The notes beneath the pieces were generated by a model that saw only the letters and a program-made list of their open reading frames with translations, did no database searches and had not been told where the DNA came from. Both the position numbers and the translations under genes were made by a program. From positions 6,971-70,970 of the forward strand of contig JAQCAB010000005.1 in the NCBI GenBank assembly GCA_027622375.1: a stretch of 64,000 bases of DNA, written 5' to 3'. The DNA is from Bacteroidota bacterium. Lineage in GTDB: Bacteria > Bacteroidota > Ignavibacteria > UBA10030 > UBA8401. Below are positions 19,131 through 29,340 of the stretch, piece after piece (the first letter of the stretch is position 1; every line of letters begins with the position of its first letter).

Positions 19131-22100
19131 TTAAAAAATAATTTTATAATAAATGCGGGCGCCAAAAATTGATTGCCGATCAATGTTATATTCAATTGGG
19201 TAAATTTTTCGTTCAACTTCAAAAACAAAGTTTTTATATTTTCGATTCCCTGTTATCGAACTTAAAGGCATTTGTAAACTTAAATTTGCGTTATTAATAT
19301 CTGAAAAAACTTTTCCGCCAAAACTCCAGTACGCATCCAAAACTTCACCACCTAATCTCAAATCTGGCGTATCAGTTGAATAACGCAACTCGGCACTTGA
19401 AATAAAAGTTATATTATTTGCTCTAACAAAATCCATCATCATTCCTGAAAGCAAAGTGTTTGTAAAAGTATTCATCATCGAAACACTAACGGTATTGCCA
19501 AGCACTTCACTAATTCCTTCTTTGTCATTTAAATTTAAATCTTCTCGGAATTTTCCTGGAATTCCCGGAGAGGAAGTTAATAAAAATGAAATTACATCTC
19601 CTTCAACATCAACTGTTCGTTCAACTCTTTGTTTTTCTTCATCAACTTGATAAAGAGAAAGTTTTGGTATTGGCTGATTTCTTGTCCCATTTATTTCAAG
19701 TTGAACATGTACATCTTCGGTTGTTTGATCGATATTTTTGCCTGATTTTAATCTTGTACTAGTGTAAAGAGCAATTATTTTTAAATTAGGATTTGACGCA
19801 TCCCCATTAAATTCGAGGCTTCCACTTGCATTAAATTGTTTATAAAAAGTATAAGTAGATCTTTGAGAAACATTAATTGTACCAAACATTTCGCTTAATT
19901 TATTTGTATTTCTCAATGAAAAATTTCCGTCAAGATATGCCACCATTTCTTCGTTGGTTGCGGGGTTAAAAATAAATCGAGTTGATACAATTCCGTCTGT
20001 TTGAAATTGAAGATCATATACAAAATCATTTAATAGAGAAACTTCTTTTGCACGCGATAAACGTTGTTGTAAAAAATTTAACATTTCATCCATTGCTAAA
20101 TTTGTACTTCCTTTCTTTGAAGTATCATCTACAACTATAATATTTGATATTTTAGATTGTCTAATAATTTGTCCAGTTTCGGAAGGAGGAATAATTAAAT
20201 TTGCATTACGAACAAGAAGCTTGCCAAACATTTTAGATTTTCCTGAACCACCTTCAAAATGTAATCCCTCGGGAAGTGTTGCTAAGATTAAGTCGCCATA
20301 ATATGTATCACTTAAAGAAGTGTTGCTGTGTTGCATAATCATTAATTCACCAATAGCAGTTATATTATAATTTGGATTTTTTAAATCTTCAAAATTGATT
20401 TGCCCAATAATTTTTGAGTTACTTTTTGAATAATCGTTTTTGTCATTTGATAAATCAAAATTCGCCAATCTGATTATATTTTTTTGGAAAAGTAAATTAC
20501 CATTCGAAAAATATTTTAATCCGTTCGGCATATAAATAAAATCAAAATTCTTAAATTTAATTTCTCCAACTAATTCAGGTTTTTCAATTGTCCCGTTTGC
20601 TACTATGCCTCCACTAATTTTGCCGTTTATTTTTTTAATATCAGTAAATATTGATTCAAAATAATTTGCATTAAAATTATTCAATGAAATATTTAGATTT
20701 AAGTTCTCTTCAATAAATTGAAGTGGTTTTAACAAACTTAAATTAATTGGTATTGAACCATTAATAGATAAAGTTTTATTTTTTTCTACCGATGAGTAAT
20801 GTTCTATATTTAAATTTGATATTTTATTTTTAAAATTGAAATAACCTATTACTTTATCTTCTGATTTTGAATTTTCAGAATTCCAATTAATATTAAATGA
20901 AGATGTTATTTCGGGTTCAATTAAAGTTCCATTTATTTTCAATAAAGCATTACTTTTTACATTTGTAAACAAATTATTTTTATCAAAAAATTTAAGCAGC
21001 GATGTAGTGTTTAAATTTTTAATCTCTAAAACAGAGTTGATATTTCCCTCTTTTGATACATTTCCATTAAAATAAATTGCATTATTTGGATTGATTATAT
21101 TTTCATCATTTGATTCGTAAAGTGCCAACATTGGGATTTTTACACCCTCTTTAGAAAAGTATAATTTTAAAGGTTTATTATTGTTTAAATGTACTGTACC
21201 ATATCGCAAATAAATTGAATTAAGTGTTGCAGATATATCATTTTTAGAAAACAAGATTCCCCCCTGAACTTCCCCTGACAAATCTTTATCAATAGTTGCT
21301 GAAATTAAAAATCTTGATTTGTTTTGTTTTAAATCAAATTCTAGATTAACATTTTCGTATTTATTTTCGCCGTAATAAATTGCGTCCAATGAAGATTCAA
21401 TAATAATATCAAGTTCCATATTTTTATTGTTATTTAAATTCACATTTGAAGCAAAATAATTTAATTTAAAATTATCGAGATAGAGTTTTTTATCATTGAT
21501 TGTACTTCTAGCAACTAGAATTTCTGTAATTCCTGATATTGTTAGTTTGTTACCGTAGGTTTGTAACTTCCCTTCGATTTTAGCATCAGCTGTACTTGGT
21601 GGTAGTTCAAACAACATTGTTAGCGGTTCAAAATTATTTATTTTTATTCTATAATCACATTTTTGTGGTCGTCCAAAATTAAATATATTTTGAGTAGTGC
21701 TTTCAACATTTTCCGATTTACTATTTTGTGCGATCCCCATTGAATTATAAATATCTTGTTTTTTAGAGTTTAATAAATTAGTTATTTGTTGATATGTAGC
21801 TTTAAAAGAATGTTGCAATAATCTTGGAGAAAAATCTCCAATAAATGTTGCATCTGCAAAACGGGAGCGGAAAGTATATTCCCACAATTTATTTTTTTTA
21901 CCAAGAGTCAACAATATTGTTGATGTGTCAAAATAAAATCTATTATATTTTGAGTTGTTAAATTTTATATCTCCTTCAATTAACGCATCATCAATATCCA
22001 AACCTTTTGTTGTAAAATTAAAAGTTCCATTTAATGTTGAATTATGAATTGAATCAATCAATATTTTTTCAAGATTTACTTTTTCAAATTTTCCTGATAC

Positions 22101-23537
22101 TGTAAATAAATTATCTACTCCTGATAATTTGTTATAATTCAAATAATATAAAAACTCCAACTCTCCAGTATTTGATTTCTGAGCAAAGTTACCACTCAAT
22201 ATATTATTAGCAAAAGTTCCGTTAATATTCGCTGTATCTATTTTTATCAAATTATATATTGATGGCTCAAGTTCTACTGAGTAAATGAAATTATTTTTTA
22301 ACAGATTCACTTTTGCTGTAAAATTTAGAGATGATGAAGGGTAGTTTTTACCAAAATAATCTGAAAGACCTACATCTTTTCCATTAATATCAAAAGTAAT
22401 ATTTTCTAAATTGTTACCGTTTGACTTGGCTTGGACAAACAACTTTTGATTATTTTTATCGATCTCTAAATTTAGTTCCGATTTATTTTTCGAATAAAGT
22501 ATTTCACCATTCACCAATAAACCATTTACTTCATTTAAATATTCTTTGTATTTGGGAAGCAAAGTAGAAAAATCCTGTAAATTAATTTTTGAAGGATCGA
22601 TTGTAACAGCAATTGTTTTATTATTTTTTTGAAGGTTGGTTAATTCAACATTAATATTAAATTCGCTCTCATTGTATTTAATAAATGTGTTTTTTAGTTT
22701 TTGAATATTATCGATGAGTAATACTTCACTTTTGACAATTACATTCCCAGTTATTGGGATTTTATAGTTTATAAGTTTTGAAACTTCATCAAAATTCAAA
22801 TCAGCATAATTAATAATTAAATTTGTCTTATTCTTTCCCTTAAAATCATCAATTAATAATGAACCACTTAAGTTTGATTTGTCGGTTTCAATTTTAATAT
22901 TATTAACAGAAATATTATTTTTCAAAATATTAATATCAGCTACTGCAGATTTTATATTTACTTTGGAATTTTTATCTAATAAATTCAAAGATTTAATTTC
23001 AATTCTTAAATTTTCATCTAATGATTGAACAAATGATTCTGTAGATAAATTTTTTATAACTCTATTATTTTTTTTGGCTTCATCAAAATAATTTAACTCA
23101 CCATTATTAATTATTAATTGATCGATTTTATAATTTGTTGATTGATCTGACTTTTTAAATAAGTTGTCATAATTAAATTTTCCCTCTTTATCTTTTATTA
23201 AATATATTTTTGGTTGGGTAAATTCAACTTCGCTAAATTTATAGTCGCCACTTATCACATCAAAAATATTATAACCAATATTTACTTTATCAATAACAAT
23301 AATTGATTTTTCTTGATTTTTGAAATCTACTTTGCTTAAAATAATACCTGTAAATATATTCCCCGAAATATTATCAATTTGCATTTTACCATTTGTAGTT
23401 TTATTTATATTTGAAACTAAATTATTTCTGATAATTGAATAGAAAAATTCAGTTTTAGTTACTAAAAATATCCCAATTATTAAAACTATTACAACCCCTG
23501 TAATTATTGAAAGTATTTTTAAAAACTTATTTTTCAC
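19131..23537 (-). CDS. tamB: TamB/AsmA-like translocation and assembly module protein
   Basis: 1468 aa with a single N-terminal TM anchor and a long, repetitive, beta-rich, Asn/Ile-rich body. The C-terminal DUF490-like segment ends ...GARIYYKIIF. Confidence 0.7.
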   Translation of the reverse strand: MKNKFLKILSIITGVVIVLIIGIFLVTKTEFFYSIIRNNLVSNINKTTNGKMQIDNISGNIFTGIILSKVDFKNQEKSIIVIDKVNIGYNIFDVISGDYKFSEVEFTQPKIYLIKDKEGKFNYDNLFKKSDQSTNYKIDQLIINNGELNYFDEAKKNNRVIKNLSTESFVQSLDENLRIEIKSLNLLDKNSKVNIKSAVADINILKNNISVNNIKIETDKSNLSGSLLIDDFKGKNKTNLIINYADLNFDEVSKLINYKIPITGNVIVKSEVLLIDNIQKLKNTFIKYNESEFNINVELTNLQKNNKTIAVTIDPSKINLQDFSTLLPKYKEYLNEVNGLLVNGEILYSKNKSELNLEIDKNNQKLFVQAKSNGNNLENITFDINGKDVGLSDYFGKNYPSSSLNFTAKVNLLKNNFIYSVELEPSIYNLIKIDTANINGTFANNILSGNFAQKSNTGELEFLYYLNYNKLSGVDNLFTVSGKFEKVNLEKILIDSIHNSTLNGTFNFTTKGLDIDDALIEGDIKFNNSKYNRFYFDTSTILLTLGKKNKLWEYTFRSRFADATFIGDFSPRLLQHSFKATYQQITNLLNSKKQDIYNSMGIAQNSKSENVESTTQNIFNFGRPQKCDYRIKINNFEPLTMLFELPPSTADAKIEGKLQTYGNKLTISGITEILVARSTINDKKLYLDNFKLNYFASNVNLNNNKNMELDIIIESSLDAIYYGENKYENVNLEFDLKQNKSRFLISATIDKDLSGEVQGGILFSKNDISATLNSIYLRYGTVHLNNNKPLKLYFSKEGVKIPMLALYESNDENIINPNNAIYFNGNVSKEGNINSVLEIKNLNTTSLLKFFDKNNLFTNVKSNALLKINGTLIEPEITSSFNINWNSENSKSEDKVIGYFNFKNKISNLNIEHYSSVEKNKTLSINGSIPINLSLLKPLQFIEENLNLNISLNNFNANYFESIFTDIKKINGKISGGIVANGTIEKPELVGEIKFKNFDFIYMPNGLKYFSNGNLLFQKNIIRLANFDLSNDKNDYSKSNSKIIGQINFEDLKNPNYNITAIGELMIMQHSNTSLSDTYYGDLILATLPEGLHFEGGSGKSKMFGKLLVRNANLIIPPSETGQIIRQSKISNIIVVDDTSKKGSTNLAMDEMLNFLQQRLSRAKEVSLLNDFVYDLQFQTDGIVSTRFIFNPATNEEMVAYLDGNFSLRNTNKLSEMFGTINVSQRSTYTFYKQFNASGSLEFNGDASNPNLKIIALYTSTRLKSGKNIDQTTEDVHVQLEINGTRNQPIPKLSLYQVDEEKQRVERTVDVEGDVISFLLTSSPGIPGKFREDLNLNDKEGISEVLGNTVSVSMMNTFTNTLLSGMMMDFVRANNITFISSAELRYSTDTPDLRLGGEVLDAYWSFGGKVFSDINNANLSLQMPLSSITGNRKYKNFVFEVERKIYPIEYNIDRQSIFGARIYYKIIF

Positions 23538-24010
23538 TTTCTATTATATTTCTTCAAAATTGATTCAATGATATTTGTTGATGATTGGTTTGCTAAAAAT
23601 TTTATTGTTTTAACTTTTCCACCCTTTTTTTCTACGATCCCTTTTCCAACAATTGAGTCAACATTCCAATCGGCACCTTTTACTAAAATATCTGGAATTA
23701 GTTTTTTAATTATTTTAATTGGCGTTTTATCATCAAAAATTACAACACAATCAACAGATTTTAAATTTAATATAATCGTGGCTCTGTCAACTTCGTCAAC
23801 TATTGGTCTATTTTTCCCCTTAATTAATTTTACTGATGAGTTACTGTTAATTCCAACAATAAGTTTATCTCCTAATATTTTTGCTTTTTCAAGATATTCA
23901 ACATGTCCACGATGCAAAATATCAAACACGCCATTTGTAAATACAACTTTTAAATTTTTTGAACGCCATTTTTTGCGTTCTAAAACAGCATTGGACAAAT
24001 TAAAGTCCAT
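23534..24010 (-). CDS. hldC: D-glycero-beta-D-manno-heptose 1-phosphate adenylyltransferase (RfaE domain II-type)
   Basis: Cytidylyltransferase motif FTNGVFDILHRGHVEYL. 158 aa, adjacent to the kinase gene. Confidence 0.85.
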   Translation of the reverse strand: MDFNLSNAVLERKKWRSKNLKVVFTNGVFDILHRGHVEYLEKAKILGDKLIVGINSNSSVKLIKGKNRPIVDEVDRATIILNLKSVDCVVIFDDKTPIKIIKKLIPDILVKGADWNVDSIVGKGIVEKKGGKVKTIKFLANQSSTNIIESILKKYNRK

Positions 24011-24021
24011 AATTTTACCCT

Positions 24022-25008
24022 TTATAATGAATCGTTTTGTAAAGAATTTTTAAGTGCACTTTTTGAAATTGGAACTGCTCCAACTTCACCACAAACAACA
24101 CCAGCTGCGTGATTTGCCAAAATTGCAGCTTGCAAAATACTTGCTCCCGCAGTCATCGCTAATGTTGATGTTGCAATAACTGTATCTCCTGCGCCTGAAA
24201 CATCTGCAATGTGCAAAGCTCTTGTTGGAATATTATGAACTCCACCATGCGATTGAATCAAAATCATTCCCTTTTCGCCTTGAGTCAATAAAATATTTTG
24301 CGCGTGGATTTTATGCATCAATTCTTTTCCGATTTCAATTAATTCTTCATGATCAAAAATTTTACGACCAAATGCTTCTTCCATTTCTTTTATGTTTGGT
24401 TTAAAAAGTGTTACATTTTTATAATTAAAAAAGTGAGAATGTTTTGGATCAACAGTTATAATCTTATTATGCTTTGTAGCAAGAGCAATTACATTTTGTA
24501 AAATATTTTGAGTTATCACACCTTTGTTGTAATCCTCAAGGATAATTCCATCTATATTGTAAATATTATTTTCAAGTGCTGTTAAAAGTTTTTTTTCGAT
24601 TTCGCTATTTATTGATTCTCTTTTTTCATTATCAATTCTAACTACATGTTGTTGATGTGCAATTACACGAAGTTTAACGGTTGTTGGTCTTGTTTCATCA
24701 ACAATAATCCCTGAAACATCAAATGAGTTTTTCTCAAGAATTGATTTTAAAACATTACCATTATTATCTTTACCGACTACGCCAAATAAAATTGGCACAC
24801 CTCCCAAAGATTTTATATTGTTAGCAACATTTGATGCACCACCCAAACTATCTGATTCTCGTAATACATCAATAACGGGGACAGGTGCTTCTGGAGAAAC
24901 TCTCGAGACGTTTCCCCAAACATATCGATCCAACATTAAATCTCCGATTATGGCAATTTTTTTACCATTACAATTCTCAAGTATTTTATAATATTCTGAT
25001 ATGGACAT
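24022..25008 (-). CDS. hldA: D-glycero-beta-D-manno-heptose-7-phosphate kinase (RfaE domain I-type, PfkB family)
   Basis: PfkB sugar-kinase motifs (GGASNVANN, DVSGAGDTVIA) and an RfaE-like N-terminus (KIAIIGDLMLDRYVWG). Confidence 0.85.
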   Translation of the reverse strand: MSISEYYKILENCNGKKIAIIGDLMLDRYVWGNVSRVSPEAPVPVIDVLRESDSLGGASNVANNIKSLGGVPILFGVVGKDNNGNVLKSILEKNSFDVSGIIVDETRPTTVKLRVIAHQQHVVRIDNEKRESINSEIEKKLLTALENNIYNIDGIILEDYNKGVITQNILQNVIALATKHNKIITVDPKHSHFFNYKNVTLFKPNIKEMEEAFGRKIFDHEELIEIGKELMHKIHAQNILLTQGEKGMILIQSHGGVHNIPTRALHIADVSGAGDTVIATSTLAMTAGASILQAAILANHAAGVVCGEVGAVPISKSALKNSLQNDSL

Positions 25009-25114
25009 TTACTTTTTTATTTTACAAACCTAAATTAGTTAAAAGATGAAATAGTTAAAAGCCTATTAATTAATTGAGGAAAACTATTTTTTTGATATTG
25101 AATTTTATGACTAA

Positions 25115-26935
25115 TTATTTTTGCAAAGTCATTTTTATAGACGAACTCCAATTATCTGTCTTTATTCTGCAAATATAAACCCCACTCGGCAGGTTTGTTC
25201 CATCAAAATAAACTGAATGGCGACCTGTTGATCTGACTTCATCTACAAGAGTTAAAATGGATTTTCCCAATAAATTATAAATTTTAATAATTACATATTC
25301 TTGTTTTGGTAAATTAAATGTAATAGTTGTATTTGGATTAAATGGATTTGGATAATTTTGATAAAGCTGATAATTTTTTTGAATTGTTCTATCTGCAAAA
25401 ATTGAAGTTGATTTGTATGAAACTATTTGCGATTGAATGCTTTCATTGTTTAATTTATCAAGTGCGGTTATTGAATAAAAATATTCAACATTAAATGGGA
25501 TTTGAAAAACATCATACAATTCTTCTTGCGAACTTGACGTGATGTAAAGAATATTTTTAGGATCATTAATTGATAAATTTGGTGATGTGCTTTTATAAAT
25601 TACAAACTTACTTGCTGAGTCACCATCTGTTGAGATTTGTGGCTTTTTCCATTTTAATTTTATTGAATTCTCATTACCTGAAATTGCAACTTCTGTCGGG
25701 AAAAGTGGGATAACGGAATCTTTCCATTCCATTTTTGGAAGAAGTGTTTTATAATAATATAAATCCCTTTTTAACGAATCGTAAAACCCTTTTGGATTAT
25801 TTATTAATCCTTGATTTGTTCTAAAAAATAAACTTCCTTCTGCTAAATTATTTGTTCTGTTCAATCGAATTTGATTTGGAATTTCACTTGAATTCCAATC
25901 ACTATCTGTAATTCGATATGCTGCTTGACCAACATATAAATGTCTCCCATTTTTTTGAGATGACCACCATGGTAAAAGTTTTGCATAATCTCGACTTCCA
26001 CCAAATGGCCAATAAAGTTGGGGAGAGACATAATCAATATATTTACCTTGCAACCAACTTACAGGATCACAATAAATTACATTGTAAGCATCAAGCCCAA
26101 CAATACCTGTTGGAACGCCATTTTTCCAAATCCCAAATGGACTCATTCCTAATTTAACCCATGGTTTAATTGTTTTTATAGAATCATAAATTGCTTTTAC
26201 TAAAATATTTACATTGTCGCGACGCCAGTCTTTTATATTTGTAAATCCTCTTGAAAAATTTGTAAAAGTTGAATTATCTTCAGTGGTAATTCCATTTGGC
26301 AAGGTTGGGTTTGATGGATATGGATAAAAATAATCATCAAAGTGAATCCCATCTATATTATATCTTTTTAAAACATCTGTAATAATTTTTAAAACATGAG
26401 CACGAACATTTGGCAAACCGGGATCTAACATTTTTAAAGTGCTGAAATTTAAAATCCATTCCGGATTAGTTTTTGTAACATGATTTGCCGCAGTTGGATA
26501 ACTTCCTGAACTTCTTTCAGCGCGATATGGATTAAACCATGCATGTAATTCTATTCCCCGTTTATGAGCTTCGTTAATTGCAAACTCTAAAGGATCATAA
26601 AATGGATCTGGTGTTTTCCCTTGTGTTCCTGTTAACCATCTCGACCATGGCTCGTATGGTGAATTATAAAATGCATCGCATTCAGTTCTTATTTGAAAAA
26701 CAACTGTGTTAATTCCACAATTTTTTAAATTATCTAGCATGCTTGTTAATGAACTTTGCTGCGAGTACGAATTTGTAACTCCACTTTGTGGCCAATCTAA
26801 ATTAGTTACTGTTGCAATCCACGCTCCTCTAAATTCTCTTTTTGGTGATTGTGCAAAATTAAAATCAGAAACTAAAAAAATTAGAACTAAAGAAATTAAA
26901 AATAATTTTGTTGTGGTTTTTTTTTCAATAATCAT
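25115..26935 (-). CDS. GHL10 (DUF187/YngK-like) glycoside-hydrolase-like protein with a T9SS C-terminal sorting domain
   Basis: Signal peptide, then REFRGAWIATVTNLDWP, typical of the GHL10 TIM-barrel family. The C-terminus YQNYPNPFNPNTTITFNLP...IKMTLQK is a type A T9SS CTD. Confidence 0.75.
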   Translation of the reverse strand: MIIEKKTTTKLFLISLVLIFLVSDFNFAQSPKREFRGAWIATVTNLDWPQSGVTNSYSQQSSLTSMLDNLKNCGINTVVFQIRTECDAFYNSPYEPWSRWLTGTQGKTPDPFYDPLEFAINEAHKRGIELHAWFNPYRAERSSGSYPTAANHVTKTNPEWILNFSTLKMLDPGLPNVRAHVLKIITDVLKRYNIDGIHFDDYFYPYPSNPTLPNGITTEDNSTFTNFSRGFTNIKDWRRDNVNILVKAIYDSIKTIKPWVKLGMSPFGIWKNGVPTGIVGLDAYNVIYCDPVSWLQGKYIDYVSPQLYWPFGGSRDYAKLLPWWSSQKNGRHLYVGQAAYRITDSDWNSSEIPNQIRLNRTNNLAEGSLFFRTNQGLINNPKGFYDSLKRDLYYYKTLLPKMEWKDSVIPLFPTEVAISGNENSIKLKWKKPQISTDGDSASKFVIYKSTSPNLSINDPKNILYITSSSQEELYDVFQIPFNVEYFYSITALDKLNNESIQSQIVSYKSTSIFADRTIQKNYQLYQNYPNPFNPNTTITFNLPKQEYVIIKIYNLLGKSILTLVDEVRSTGRHSVYFDGTNLPSGVYICRIKTDNWSSSIKMTLQK

Positions 26936-28344
26936 AATCTGTAACTTAATGTTAAATTAACATAAGTTACATTAATTTCTTCATCTGTTCTTGATGGGTT
27001 ATCAATTGTTGGATGAGAATAATTATTATGATAAGTTGAAAACTTTTTAGAAGCTATTGCGGCATCAATTGTAATTTTTGGAGAAATTTTATAACCAATC
27101 CCACCTGTAACTGTAATCGGATCATAATTTTTTGGATCGTTTTTAAATGGAGATTTTTCATTTATATATCCACCTCGAACTTGAATTAAATCAGTCAAAT
27201 AAAATTCAAACCCATATCTAACATTTGTAATCGATCTAAATTTTTCTCTAAATATAGAATTTTCTATTTCCAAAGTTGAATTATCTGCCCATTTTAATTT
27301 TGTCCAATCTGTAAATTCTACATCAGCTGATAAAGTAAAATCACTAAATGGAATAATCGAAATCCCTCCTGCAAAAGTTGTTGGAGCTTTAATCCCATAT
27401 TCACTTTTTGCTGTGTATTTATAAGGTCCTTTATTTGATTTATAATCAAAATAACTCGTTCCCTCGTCAGTGTAAGCTTCTTTAACATCAATTTGGAAAG
27501 GTTGTTTTATGGTTGCTCCAATTTTAAAACTTTCACCTCTGATCATAAATCCTAAAATTAATCCAGCACCTGAATATTCTGTTGAAATAAAATTAGTGAG
27601 ATTAAATTGTTTAAACTGTCTGTAAAGCGAATCTGATGGAAAAGTTGATGTGGTATCATTCCATAAATTATCACGATCGCTTTCTGAGTATTCTCTTTGA
27701 GAAGAATAATTTCCTGAGGTGCCATAAATTGTTGCACCAACTGAAATATTTTCATCTACATCAACTGCACCAGAAAAATTCCACTGCCCTCCGTTACCTT
27801 CTTCATAAACATCTCCCACTTGTGACACTTTTGATGTAATTGGAGAATAGCCTTTTTTATTTGATAAAAAAATTTGAAATGGAATATCATATTTTGCATC
27901 TGCATCATACAAAACAGGAATTATTGAACTCAAACTATTAAATCCGTTAAAACTCATTATTCGTGTATGATCAGTAATATTTGTATAACCAAACGCGAAA
28001 ACTAAACTTCCTCTAGTAGTTGGAATTGGCAATACAAAACCAAAATCATCTAAGCTAAAATCACTTTTATTTTCTTCACTTAGATTTTGCTGAAATGTAG
28101 TTTTATTTAAATATGATCTAAAATTAAGTCCCCCTGTAACTTCAATTGTTTTAAGTTGTGCGAGCCCTGCGGGATTCCAATACGTTGCAGAAAAATTATC
28201 AGCAACACCAACAAATGCATTCCCCATTCCAAGCGCACGAGAATTTACTCCAATTCCCGATAATGAAAATCTTAAAGCGTCATCTGTCGATTGCGCAAAA
28301 ATAGAATTACAGAGAAAAATTATTACAAAAAAATATTTTTTCAT
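26932..28344 (-). CDS. FadL/TodX/PorV-superfamily outer-membrane beta-barrel protein
   Basis: Signal peptide, then SRALGMGNAFVGVADNFSATYWNPAGLA, the N-terminal hatch motif shared by FadL and PorV-like barrels. The rest is beta-strand rich. ATGA overlap with the downstream GHL10 gene. Confidence 0.6.
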   Translation of the reverse strand: MKKYFFVIIFLCNSIFAQSTDDALRFSLSGIGVNSRALGMGNAFVGVADNFSATYWNPAGLAQLKTIEVTGGLNFRSYLNKTTFQQNLSEENKSDFSLDDFGFVLPIPTTRGSLVFAFGYTNITDHTRIMSFNGFNSLSSIIPVLYDADAKYDIPFQIFLSNKKGYSPITSKVSQVGDVYEEGNGGQWNFSGAVDVDENISVGATIYGTSGNYSSQREYSESDRDNLWNDTTSTFPSDSLYRQFKQFNLTNFISTEYSGAGLILGFMIRGESFKIGATIKQPFQIDVKEAYTDEGTSYFDYKSNKGPYKYTAKSEYGIKAPTTFAGGISIIPFSDFTLSADVEFTDWTKLKWADNSTLEIENSIFREKFRSITNVRYGFEFYLTDLIQVRGGYINEKSPFKNDPKNYDPITVTGGIGYKISPKITIDAAIASKKFSTYHNNYSHPTIDNPSRTDEEINVTYVNLTLSYRL

Positions 28345-28367
28345 TAAAAATTTTGGGGAATTTATTA

Positions 28368-29318
28368 TTACTCGTCCCGTTTACGATTGCTATTTCCACT
28401 TGATGGTGGATTTGGACTTGGATTATTATTACTACGAACTCTCACTGCATCATTTGATGGTTGTGATGTTTTTGGTTGGCTATTTTCTTTTGGTGGAGAT
28501 TTATAAGTTGGTTGTTTTTTTGAACCATCGTTTTTTATTGTGCCACCAGAATTTTCGTCAATATTATTTTTTTCTTTTTCACGAATTGGTTTTGTTGGTG
28601 GTGGATTTAATTCTTCAATTTTTTTCCACCATGGCATTTCTTTTTCGCGCACAGGCGGTTTTGTTTTTACATTTTCGTCATCACGTATTCTTGTACTCGC
28701 AGTTGGAATTGGAGGAGCATAACTTCCTGTTGAGATATTATTACCTGAATTATCAATTTCTCTTCTTCTAAAATTTTCATCATCTCCTCGAGAACTTCCT
28801 CCACTACCACCACCTCGCCTCCTGTTTTCTAAATTATCACCACTGTTATAACTCCAATTTGATCCATAATAGGGATTGTAATATGGAGAGTTATAACCAC
28901 CATAGTAGTTTGGTTGATACCAATATGGATATGGATACACTACATAGAAACCGGGACGATAATAATACCAAGGATCATCAAACCCATTATACCAATCATG
29001 CTGCCAAGAATAATGCCATGGATTGTTATAATAAAAAGGATCGTACCAACCATATTGGCGATGCGGTGAATAAAAATAAAAAGATGCTCTAAAACGCGAG
29101 CGTCTAAAGTCGTCATCTTCAAAATAATTGTAATTATTTATTATTGTAGTTTTAGATTCATTATCAATTATTGAATCGCTCTCAGTATAATAATTTATTC
29201 TTTCTCGGGATCTTCGTCGTGGCCGTTCATCTTCATCAATAGTTGCAAGTTGTGTGTAGCAACCTTCAAAAAATAAAATTGCTGTAATTAAATAAAATAT
29301 TTTGATATTTGTTTTCAT
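28368..29318 (-). CDS. Low-complexity lipoprotein with a Tyr/Trp/Pro/Asn-rich core, an RGG-like tract and a Pro/Lys/Ser-rich tail
   Basis: Lipobox-like FFEGC. An 81-residue stretch contains 24 Tyr, 7 Trp and 5 Phe (…YDPFYYNNPWHYSWQHDWY…YPYPYWYQPNYYGGYNSPYYNPYYG…). It is followed by RRRGGGSGGSSRG and a disordered tail. Confidence 0.6.
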   Translation of the reverse strand: MKTNIKIFYLITAILFFEGCYTQLATIDEDERPRRRSRERINYYTESDSIIDNESKTTIINNYNYFEDDDFRRSRFRASFYFYSPHRQYGWYDPFYYNNPWHYSWQHDWYNGFDDPWYYYRPGFYVVYPYPYWYQPNYYGGYNSPYYNPYYGSNWSYNSGDNLENRRRGGGSGGSSRGDDENFRRREIDNSGNNISTGSYAPPIPTASTRIRDDENVKTKPPVREKEMPWWKKIEELNPPPTKPIREKEKNNIDENSGGTIKNDGSKKQPTYKSPPKENSQPKTSQPSNDAVRVRSNNNPSPNPPSSGNSNRKRDE

Positions 29319-29340
29319 AACAAACCTCTTTCAAATTTCA

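Noticed and set aside
23568-24053. 161-aa plus-strand ORF covering the whole hldC gene
   Set aside because: It lies antisense to a gene with clear cytidylyltransferase motifs. Its product is a low-complexity Phe/Ile/Ser-rich string, as expected from a stop-poor antisense frame in AT-rich DNA.
25030-25090. Possible terminator hairpin (AAATAGTT...AACTATTT) between the GHL10 gene and hldA
   Set aside because: The stem is 8 bp and all A/T, with a ~26-nt loop and a poor T tract on the relevant (minus) strand. That is too weak to call.
28400-29122. Several 60-123-aa ORFs on both strands inside the Tyr-rich lipoprotein gene
   Set aside because: They are by-products of the repetitive codon composition (TAT/TGG/CCA/AAT runs). 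They have no signal or start context, and all are nested in the longer, better-supported minus-strand ORF.
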